DNA of 64,000 bases. Origin: a virus. Each line of letters begins with the position of its first letter. The stretch's first letter is position 1. The notes under the pieces were generated by a model. It saw nothing but the letters and a program-made list of their open reading frames with translations, did no database searches and was not told where the DNA came from. Position numbers and translations under genes: made by a program. The stretch spans positions 1-64,000 of IMG/VR virus record IMGVR_UViG_3300050821_003663; one strand, 5' to 3'. Positions 30,976 to 36,763 of the stretch are shown here, piece after piece.

Positions 30976-31203
30976 ATGGAACCGCACCAGCAGCGAGTAG
31001 TAGACGAGCTCAAGGAGCTCGAAGTCAAGAGATCTAAACTCGGGAAGTTCATTCAGGAAAACAAAATGTTCAAGACGCTGCCGGCGGCTGAGAAGGAGAG
31101 GCTACGGCGCCAGTTCAGCATTATCATGCAGTACGAGGAAGTCCTCACCGAAAGAATCCGGGCATTCCCCGACAAAAAACTTGACACCAAGAAGAAGTCG
31201 TGA
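30976..31203 (+). CDS. crAss001_48-like helical protein (possible Sequestin-type sponge)
   Basis: MEPHQQRVVDE...KLGKFI...RQ..IMQYEEVLTERIRAF pattern; AGGAGG RBS. Confidence 0.65.
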   Translation: MEPHQQRVVDELKELEVKRSKLGKFIQENKMFKTLPAAEKERLRRQFSIIMQYEEVLTERIRAFPDKKLDTKKKS

Positions 31204-31209
31204 GACTCT
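31181..31209 (+). promoter_or_regulatory. Promoter of tRNA cluster 2
   Basis: TTGACA-N17-GACTCT; shares CGTGAGACT with the cluster 1 promoter. Confidence 0.55.
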
Positions 31210-31219
31210 CCAAAAAGAC

Positions 31220-31318
31220 ATGAAGCATACGCTCACAACGCGATTTACCCCAGCCGCCGCGCAACAGCCGCGTCAGGGTAATTGCGCATCGCATGTGGGC
31301 CGGAGCTTCAGTCGATAA
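31220..31318 (+). CDS. Attenuator leader peptide 2 MKHTLTTRFTPAAAQQPRQGNCASHVGRSFSR
   Basis: 18 of codons 3-21 specify amino acids of cluster 2 tRNAs. Confidence 0.8.
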   Translation: MKHTLTTRFTPAAAQQPRQGNCASHVGRSFSR

Positions 31319-31346
31319 ATTCTATAGACGACGGAAGTAACCAACG

Positions 31347-31376
31347 AAGGCCCACCGAATAACCGGTGGGCCTTTT
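31347..31376 (+). terminator. Attenuator 2 terminator
   Basis: AAGGCCCACCG-N6-CGGTGGGCCTTTT. Confidence 0.8.
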
Positions 31377-31389
31377 CGATGTAAATGAT

Positions 31390-31476
31390 TGGAGCGTGTC
31401 CGGAATGGCATCGGCCTCGGCTGTTAACCGAAGTGCCCGCAAGGGAGTGAAGGTTCGAGTCCTTCCGCTTCAGCCA
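31390..31476 (+). tRNA. tRNA-Asn(GTT) with long variable arm
   Basis: Loop CTGTTAA, GCCA end, extra CCC-GCAA-GGG arm. Confidence 0.8.
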
Positions 31477-31971
31477 AGTAAGTGTTTGTTTTGCGAAGTT
31501 GAGATAGTGAAAGGGAGAAAGTTCTGTTCGCACGGATGCGCGGCTAGATACAACAACAAGGCGTTCCCGAAGAGAAAACCCGAAGGCAAATGCGACGTAT
31601 GTGATGCCCCGGTAAAAAACTGCCTCAAGTATTGCGGTAAAAGCTGTAAGTCTAAGGCAGCTCACCAGCGGATGATGGAGACGATAAAGCAGACGAACGG
31701 TCAAAAAGTAGTTCGCTGGCGGCAACGGACCAAAGTTATAGCGGTAAAGTACAAGGGATCAAAGTGCTGTAGGTGTGGATACGACAGGTGCATAAAGGCC
31801 CTAGACTTCCACCACATTGATCCAGCGAAGAAGGATTTTTCAGTGAGCGGGGTGTCCCGCTCATGGGAGTCAATAAAGGCGGAACTGGATAAGTGCATAC
31901 TGGTTTGCGCAAATTGCCATCGAGAGCTTCACGATGGGATGTGGAACGTAGAAGCCCCGAGCGGGCAGTAG
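31405..31971 (+). CDS. HNH endonuclease with N-terminal Zn fingers (start uncertain, inside tRNA-Asn)
   Basis: CCRCGY...LDFHHIDP...CILVCANCHRELH. Confidence 0.85.
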   Translation: MASASAVNRSARKGVKVRVLPLQPSKCLFCEVEIVKGRKFCSHGCAARYNNKAFPKRKPEGKCDVCDAPVKNCLKYCGKSCKSKAAHQRMMETIKQTNGQKVVRWRQRTKVIAVKYKGSKCCRCGYDRCIKALDFHHIDPAKKDFSVSGVSRSWESIKAELDKCILVCANCHRELHDGMWNVEAPSGQ

Positions 31972-32008
31972 TTGGCAGATGTTTGACAATCGAAACGCAA
32001 GATAATGA

Positions 32009-32083
32009 TCGGGAGTATTTCAACAGGCAGAATCATCGGCTCTGAACCGATAGATGGGGGTTCGACTCCTCTCTCCCGATCCA
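32009..32083 (+). tRNA. tRNA-Gln(CTG)
   Basis: Loop CTCTGAA, U1-A72, TCCA end. Confidence 0.9.
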
Positions 32084-32093
32084 AAATTTTCGA

Positions 32094-32167
32094 TGCGTGA
32101 TCGGCTAACGGTAGGCCGGCGTCCTTTGAAGTCGTCTGTCTAGGTTCGAATCCTAGTCACGCAACCA
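32094..32167 (+). tRNA. tRNA-Gln(TTG)
   Basis: Loop CTTTGAA, U1-A72. Confidence 0.85.
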
Positions 32168-32168
32168 C

Positions 32169-32243
32169 GCGGGGTTCGTATAGTGGCTAGTACGGCGGCC
32201 TGCCAGGTCGCACACGAGAGTTCGAGTCTCTCACCCCGCTCCA
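32169..32243 (+). tRNA. tRNA-Gly(GCC)
   Basis: Loop CTGCCAG, GCG acceptor, TCCA end. Confidence 0.9.
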
Positions 32244-32250
32244 CAAGATT

Positions 32251-32354
32251 CTGTCGTACGCCGAAGATTCACTTTCCAAGGGAGGGCGGAAGCTGACTAG
32301 ATCGGATGCGAGAGGCATCTCGCCCTGACTTCAAAAGGCTCTGACGTACGACGG
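32251..32354 (+). ncRNA. Unassigned structured RNA in tRNA array
   Basis: 10-bp closing stem CTGTCGTACG/CGTACGACGG, inner GGGCG/CGCCC and GATGC/GCATC stems. Confidence 0.55.
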
Positions 32355-32365
32355 ATGCGCAATTC

Positions 32366-32438
32366 GCTGGCATCGTTCAACGGTAGGACGTCGGTTTCGT
32401 ACTCCGAAAATCCGGTTCAAATCCGGTTGCCAGCTCCA
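32366..32438 (+). tRNA. tRNA-Thr(CGT)
   Basis: Loop TTCGTAC, TCCA end. Confidence 0.85.
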
Positions 32439-32468
32439 CATGCGGTACATTCTAGGAAAGGAGGGTCT

Positions 32469-33008
32469 ATGCAGGATGCAACAAAGCAGGTTGTACTTCA
32501 ACTCAATTATTCATTCGAGCCGATGGCATTTTGTAATGTACGTCGTGCTGCGCGTCTTGTCGTAAAGGGCAAGGCTAGAATTATCGAACACGACGGTCGC
32601 GAACTGTCAGCCGGCATCATGTTTCCTGCGGTGATCCGCCTTATGGAGTACCGGCACGTACCTCACAAGATGCAGACGCTATCGCGAAAGAACATTCTGA
32701 TTCGCGACCGCAACCAGTGTCAGTACTGCGGAGAGAGGTTCCAGCCGAGCGAGCTAACCCTTGACCACGTTCACCCGAGATCTAAGGGCGGCTTGAGCAC
32801 CTGGGCGAACCTTGTAGCCTGCTGTGGCCCTTGCAACCGCAAGAAGGGCGACAAGACGGTCGAGGAAGCGGGTCTGATGTTGCTGCATCGTCCACGACCG
32901 ATGACGATCCACACGTCACGGTTCCTGATGCGGTCGATGGGCGTCGACGATCCAAGGTGGAAGAGGTATCTCTACACCGAGTCTGACAAAAAGTACACGC
33001 ACTCATAG
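32469..33008 (+). CDS. HNH endonuclease (McrA-like HNH family)
   Basis: AAAGGAGG RBS; RDRNQCQYCG, TLDHVHPRSKGG, WANLVACCGPCNRKKG. Confidence 0.92.
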   Translation: MQDATKQVVLQLNYSFEPMAFCNVRRAARLVVKGKARIIEHDGRELSAGIMFPAVIRLMEYRHVPHKMQTLSRKNILIRDRNQCQYCGERFQPSELTLDHVHPRSKGGLSTWANLVACCGPCNRKKGDKTVEEAGLMLLHRPRPMTIHTSRFLMRSMGVDDPRWKRYLYTESDKKYTHS

Positions 33009-33073
33009 CTCGAAGCGCGAGCATCCGCATGGTAGGCGGAAGGCGATGGGTTGGATTCCCTCTGAGTGCTCCA
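32999..33073 (+). tRNA. tRNA-Thr(GGT), atypical D/T loops
   Basis: GCACTCA/TGAGTGC acceptor, loop ATGGTAG, TCCA end; overlaps HNH stop. Confidence 0.7.
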
Positions 33074-33078
33074 ACAAT

Positions 33079-33149
33079 GCTGGTAGCCCGAGCGCGGAAC
33101 GCCCCTTGTAAGGCCGTTCTCTCAGGTTCGACTCCTGTTGCCAGCTCCA
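33079..33149 (+). tRNA. tRNA-Thr(TGT), reduced D arm
   Basis: Loop CTTGTAA, normal T loop, TCCA end. Confidence 0.7.
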
Positions 33150-33152
33150 AGT

Positions 33153-33231
33153 GTGACCGTAGCCAAGCCAGGTCTAAGGCGCGTGATTGTGGCTCACGTA
33201 TTCGCGGGTTCAAATCCCGTCGGTCACCCCA
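33153..33231 (+). tRNA. tRNA-His(GTG)
   Basis: Loop TTGTGGC, C73-CCA; T rather than G at -1. Confidence 0.88.
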
Positions 33232-33232
33232 A

Positions 33233-33332
33233 GTGGGGGGATTCGCGGAGGTCGCACGTTCGAATCGTGCCGAAGGCGTTCTAAACACCGCCATCGTAGC
33301 TCAGTGGCAGAGCGCCGCGATTATCCCCCTGC
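33233..33332 (+). ncRNA. Circularly permuted tRNA-like RNA without anticodon
   Basis: T arm precedes D arm, acceptor stem closed by a loop, anticodon stem runs into terminal G/C stem. Confidence 0.75.
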
Positions 33333-33347
33333 AACAATTTCAAATGT

Positions 33348-33421
33348 GGGCCGGTAGCATAACGGGAATGCGTCTCCCTTGCAAGGAGAAAGATGGGGTT
33401 CGACTCCCCCCGTGTCCACCA
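33348..33421 (+). tRNA. tRNA-Ala(TGC)
   Basis: Loop CTTGCAA, G3-U70, ACCA end; imperfect acceptor stem. Confidence 0.8.
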
Positions 33422-33431
33422 ATTTTCAGAA

Positions 33432-33507
33432 GTCCCCGTAGCTCAGACGGTAGAGCGCTGTCCTGAAAAGGCAGGCGTCGTGATCTCGAACATCACCGGG
33501 GGCACCA
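33432..33507 (+). tRNA. tRNA-Phe(GAA)
   Basis: Loop CTGAAAA; T-loop CTCGAAC. Confidence 0.88.
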
Positions 33508-33508
33508 C

Positions 33509-33582
33509 TCGGGTATAGCTGGAAGGTCAAGCCTATGATTTGGGATCATAAGACGTCGGTTCGATTCCGACTACCCGGACCA
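33509..33582 (+). tRNA. tRNA-Pro(TGG)
   Basis: Loop TTTGGGA, G72 A73. Confidence 0.88.
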
Positions 33583-33589
33583 TTTTTAT

Positions 33590-33666
33590 CCACCCGTCGT
33601 CCAATCGGATTAGGGCACGTGGCTACGAACCACGAGACGGAGGTTCGAATCCTTCCGGGTGGACCA
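33590..33666 (+). tRNA. tRNA-Arg(ACG)
   Basis: Loop CTACGAA, ACCA end. Confidence 0.9.
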
Positions 33667-33668
33667 CA

Positions 33669-33697
33669 TTGACAAAACCAGCCTACATGGCTAGGAT
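33669..33697 (+). promoter_or_regulatory. Promoter of Y RNA/Ro60 unit
   Basis: TTGACA-N17-TAGGAT with AGCCTACATG in spacer. Confidence 0.8.
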
Positions 33698-33717
33698 GAT
33701 CTTGCGTTTCGATATTG

Positions 33718-33820
33718 TTCTCCGTTAGTGAAAGTACTCGGTTACTTCATTGCCAATAGCCCCGCAAGGGACTTAATGATTCCCGAAAGGGATAACCGGA
33801 TGCGAATGTTCTACGGGGAA
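33718..33820 (+). ncRNA. Y RNA-like unit 1
   Basis: Closing stem TTCTCCGT/ACGGGGAA; TAGTGAA..CGGTTACTTC..CCG..GTTC core; two GNRA hairpins. Confidence 0.75.
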
Positions 33821-33825
33821 AAGTT

Positions 33826-33940
33826 TGAGACCTGGTGAAAGTTGACGGCTACTTCTTGGTTCGAATCCAAGCCGGAGGCAACTCTGGCTGCCACCAAAAA
33901 ACGGTACGGTGGCTACCCGTTGGCGCAGGTTCCGGTCTCA
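33826..33940 (+). ncRNA. Y RNA-like unit 2 (with T-loop arm)
   Basis: TGAGACC/GGTCTCA stem; TGGTGAA..CGGCTACTTC; TTGG-TTCGAAT-CCAA arm. Confidence 0.75.
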
Positions 33941-33950
33941 GAAAAGATAT

Positions 33951-34013
33951 GAGCCTTAGTGCCGTTACGGATACTTCATGCTAAGAAAACTCCGTAGCAA
34001 TCGTTCTAGGCTC
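33951..34013 (+). ncRNA. Y RNA-like unit 3 (minimal, 63 nt)
   Basis: GAGCCT/AGGCTC stem; TAGTG..CGGATACTTC..CTCCGTAG..GTTC. Confidence 0.7.
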
Positions 34014-34021
34014 TCGATGTT

Positions 34022-34156
34022 GTTCGGGATAGTGAAGTTTACGGATACTTCCCTTTGGCGGACGAGGTCGCAGGTTCGAGCCCTGCCATTCGCTTCGGCG
34101 GATGTAGCTCAGTGGTAGAGCGCGTAAATCTCCGTAGGCGCCTGTTCTTCCCGATC
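34022..34156 (+). ncRNA. yrlA: YrlA-type Y RNA (tRNA mimic)
   Basis: TCGGGA/TCCCGA stem, CGGATACTTC core, T arm then UUCG-closed acceptor then D arm TAGCTCAGTGGTAGAGC; adjacent to Ro60. Confidence 0.85.
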
Positions 34157-34163
34157 TAATACG

Positions 34164-34190
34164 AGAGCCAGACTTCGGTCTGGCTCTTTT
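34164..34190 (+). terminator. Intrinsic terminator between Y RNAs and Ro60
   Basis: AGAGCCAGAC-TTCG-GTCTGGCTCT-TTT. Confidence 0.85.
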
Positions 34191-34214
34191 GCTTTTACCA
34201 AGGAGGGTAAAACG

Positions 34215-35567
34215 ATGCGATCAAACGTTGCAGAAAAGAAGCCATTGCTCTACACCCACGAGGGCGCGGTAGCAGTGTACGCGAGCCCGGAGGACCAGCT
34301 TCGGCGCTCAGTGATGTCCAACATGCTCTTCGAGGATGAATTCTACGAAGACGGCCAGGAGATCTCGAAGCGAATCGAGTCGTCAGTCGCAGAGCTCATC
34401 AAGACTCGCGGCGGAGCGGATACGGTCGCAAACATCGCGTTCGAGGCCCGGACGAAGATGAAGCTGCGTCACGTGCCGTTGCTGTTGCTGGTATCGCTGA
34501 TTCGCGCCAACACGGCCGAGACTCGCGCTATCGTTGCCGGCGCCATCGCACACGTCATACAGCGGCCTGACGAGCTGGGCGAGCTTGTGTCGTTGTTCTG
34601 GAAGCAGAGTGGCGGACGGAAGATGCTGCCGAACCAGATGAAGAAGGGTCTCGCGCTCGCGCTGGACAAGTTCAACGAGTACTCGCTGGCGAAGTACGAC
34701 ATGAGTTCGGCCGCAGTGAAGCTGCGTGACGTGCTCTTCTTGAGCCACGCGAAGCCAGCCGGAGTTGAGAAGGCGGATCTCTACAAGCGCATCGCAGCGA
34801 ACGAGCTGAAGACGCCTGACACCTGGGAGGTTGCTCTCTCGGGCGGAGCGGACAAGAAGGAGACGTTCACTCGTCTTCTGACCGAGGGCAACCTTGGAGC
34901 GCTTGCGCTTCTCCGTAACCTGCGAAACATGACGGAGGCCGGCGTGGAGACGGAAGTCATCCGTGAGGGTCTTGGAAAGATGAAGACCGAGCGGGTACTA
35001 CCTTTCCGGTTCATCACGGCAGCTCGCTACGCGCCATCCTTCGAGCCTCAGCTTGAAGAGGCGATGTTCCGGTGTCTCGCTTCGTTCACGAAGTTTCCCG
35101 GCAAGACGACGCTGTGCATCGACACGTCAGCTTCGATGAGCGCAAAGGTATCCGGCAAGTCGGAGATCAGCCGGCGGGATGCAGCGGCCGCGCTGGCGAT
35201 GATGCTGCGTGAGATCTGCGGTGACTGCGAGGTTATCGCGTTCGGAACGCAAGCGGCTGTTGTTCGGCCACGCCGGGGATTCGCGTTGAACGACGAGATC
35301 GGAAGCGGTCGGTTCGGTCACGGAACCAACATTGGCGAAGCAACGGCGCTGGCAGCAACGAAGGGCTACGACCGCATCATCGTCATCACCGATGAGCAGT
35401 CGGCTACGCCAACGAAGGCTCCGGAGTACGGAACCAAGGGCTACTTCATCAACGTGGCCAGCAACAAGAACGGTATCGGCTATGGCGCCTGGACCCACAT
35501 CGACGGATGGAGCGAAGCAGTCATCGACTACATCGCTCGCTTCGAGGGCCTTGAAGGCGAAGAGTAG
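34215..35567 (+). CDS. rsr: Ro60/TROVE-domain RNA-binding protein
   Basis: THEGAVA, LRHVP, QRPDE, FNEYSLAKY, LRDVLFLSHAKP, ALLRNLRNM, LPFRF; vWA DTSASM, HGTN, ITDEQ, DGWSE. Confidence 0.95.
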   Translation: MRSNVAEKKPLLYTHEGAVAVYASPEDQLRRSVMSNMLFEDEFYEDGQEISKRIESSVAELIKTRGGADTVANIAFEARTKMKLRHVPLLLLVSLIRANTAETRAIVAGAIAHVIQRPDELGELVSLFWKQSGGRKMLPNQMKKGLALALDKFNEYSLAKYDMSSAAVKLRDVLFLSHAKPAGVEKADLYKRIAANELKTPDTWEVALSGGADKKETFTRLLTEGNLGALALLRNLRNMTEAGVETEVIREGLGKMKTERVLPFRFITAARYAPSFEPQLEEAMFRCLASFTKFPGKTTLCIDTSASMSAKVSGKSEISRRDAAAALAMMLREICGDCEVIAFGTQAAVVRPRRGFALNDEIGSGRFGHGTNIGEATALAATKGYDRIIVITDEQSATPTKAPEYGTKGYFINVASNKNGIGYGAWTHIDGWSEAVIDYIARFEGLEGEE

Positions 35568-35568
35568 C

Positions 35569-35603
35569 TTGACACGGTAGTATGCGAGTGCTACCGTGTC
35601 TTT
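35569..35603 (+). promoter_or_regulatory. Overlapping Ro60 terminator hairpin and promoter of tRNA cluster 3
   Basis: GACACGGTAG/CTACCGTGTC hairpin plus TTT; TTGACA-N17-TACCGT with TG extension. Confidence 0.6.
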
Positions 35604-35637
35604 GAAGTCCGATCACTAGGGAGAATCTTTGTAGGCG

Positions 35638-35718
35638 ATGAGACAGACCTTCAAACACGTCGTCATAACCATCACCATTGAAAAGTGGGGGCGGGGAGAT
35701 ATGTGTTTGAGGGTCTGA
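35638..35718 (+). CDS. Attenuator leader peptide 3 MRQTFKHVVITITIEKWGRGDMCLRV
   Basis: 13 of codons 8-22 match cluster 3 tRNAs; 1:2, 2:3, 3:4 pairings visible. Confidence 0.82.
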   Translation: MRQTFKHVVITITIEKWGRGDMCLRV

Positions 35719-35745
35719 TCCATACCATACGTGGTATCACCAGAC

Positions 35746-35768
35746 CCCCTCCAAGTGAGGGGATTTTT
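35746..35768 (+). terminator. Attenuator 3 terminator
   Basis: CCCCTC-CAAGT-GAGGGG-ATTTTT. Confidence 0.8.
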
Positions 35769-35799
35769 ATTGGTCTTTGAAAATTGTAAATATATTTAC

Positions 35800-35874
35800 G
35801 GGAGATTCGTACAGCGGCCAGTACGGCAGATTCCAAACCTGCTTACGAGGGTTCGAGTCCTTCATCTCCCGCCA
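35800..35874 (+). tRNA. tRNA-Trp(CCA)
   Basis: Loop TTCCAAA, GCCA end. Confidence 0.9.
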
Positions 35875-35875
35875 T

Positions 35876-35951
35876 CCCGGTATAGCTCAGTGGTAGAGCG
35901 TCACCCTCATAAGGTGGGGGCCGATTGGTTCGAATCCATCTGCCGGGACCA
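35876..35951 (+). tRNA. tRNA with CAT anticodon (elongator Met or Ile2)
   Basis: Loop CTCATAA, paired 1:72, ACCA end. Confidence 0.85.
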
Positions 35952-35953
35952 GT

Positions 35954-36030
35954 GCGCAGCTAACTCAACTGGCTAGAGTATTCGCCTCTTAAGCGAAAGG
36001 TTCTGGGTTCGATCCCCAGGCTGCGCACCA
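35954..36030 (+). tRNA. tRNA-Lys(CTT)
   Basis: Loop CTCTTAA. Confidence 0.92.
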
Positions 36031-36039
36031 ACAAGTTTC

Positions 36040-36115
36040 GGGAGTGTAACTCAAGAGGAAGAGGACCAGCCTTTTAAGCTGGACGATGAGATTTCGAGTA
36101 TCTCCGCTCCCACCA
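36040..36115 (+). tRNA. tRNA-Lys(TTT)
   Basis: Loop CTTTTAA. Confidence 0.9.
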
Positions 36116-36116
36116 T

Positions 36117-36192
36117 GCACCTGTAGCTCAATTGGATAGAGCGCCGGGCTTCTAACCCGGTGATATGGGTTCGAGTCCCATCGGGCGCTCCA
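36117..36192 (+). tRNA. tRNA-Arg(TCT)
   Basis: Loop CTTCTAA. Confidence 0.9.
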
Positions 36193-36193
36193 C

Positions 36194-36271
36194 GCGGTAA
36201 TCGTCTAGTCTGGCCCAGGACTCCTGCTTTTCACGCAGACAACACGGGTTCGAATCCCGTTTACCGCCCCA
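36194..36271 (+). tRNA. tRNA-Glu(TTC)
   Basis: Loop TTTTCAC. Confidence 0.9.
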
Positions 36272-36276
36272 CATTC

Positions 36277-36350
36277 GCCGTCATCCGCCAAGGGTAAGCG
36301 ACATGATTCTCACTCATGCAATCGGAGCTCGACTCTCCGTGACGGCACCA
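36277..36350 (+). tRNA. tRNA-Glu(CTC)
   Basis: Loop TTCTCAC; T-loop CTCGACT. Confidence 0.85.
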
Positions 36351-36355
36351 CATTC

Positions 36356-36431
36356 GCTCTCCTCGTCCAATCGGATAGGGCACCGGTTTCCTAAACCGTG
36401 AATGGCAGTTCAAATCTGCCGGAGAGCACCA
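36356..36431 (+). tRNA. tRNA-Arg(CCT)
   Basis: Loop TTCCTAA. Confidence 0.9.
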
Positions 36432-36435
36432 TTTT

Positions 36436-36512
36436 GCGCGAGTAGCTCAGTTGGACAGAGCGCTGTCCTCCGAAGGCAGAGGCCGCAGGTTCGACTCCTG
36501 CCTCGCGCACCA
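36436..36512 (+). tRNA. tRNA-Arg(CCG)
   Basis: Loop CTCCGAA. Confidence 0.92.
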
Positions 36513-36517
36513 GTTTT

Positions 36518-36593
36518 GCGGCAGTAGCTTAGTGGTCAGAGTCCCTGATTGTCGATCAGGTTCGCGGGAGTTCGAATCTCCTCTGCCGCGCCA
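36518..36593 (+). tRNA. tRNA-Asp(GTC)
   Basis: Loop TTGTCGA, GCCA end. Confidence 0.9.
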
Positions 36594-36597
36594 CATT

Positions 36598-36678
36598 GCA
36601 AGGTTGGCCGAGTGGTCGATGGCGCCTGTCTTACAAACAGGTTTATCGCCGGGGGTTCGAATCCCTCACCTTGCACCA
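36598..36678 (+). tRNA. tRNA-Val(TAC), atypical body
   Basis: Loop CTTACAA; 3-bp D stem GCC/GGC and 9-nt variable loop. Confidence 0.8.
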
Positions 36679-36682
36679 GTTT

Positions 36683-36759
36683 GGACGTAGAGCTCGGATG
36701 GCATGAGCATTCGCCTGATAAGCGAAAGGCCAGTGGTTCAAGTCCACTTACGTCCACCA
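36683..36759 (+). tRNA. tRNA-Ile(GAT)
   Basis: Loop CTGATAA. Confidence 0.9.
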
Positions 36760-36763
36760 ATTC

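Noticed and set aside
31983-32006. Internal promoter TTGACA...GATAAT that would bypass attenuator 2
   Set aside because: Spacer is only 12 nt, too short for a sigma70-type promoter; TSS mapping should still confirm.
33718-34156. CRISPR-like repeat array
   Set aside because: Units share only short motifs, differ in length (63-135 nt) and have no cas genes; better explained as Y RNAs next to Ro60.
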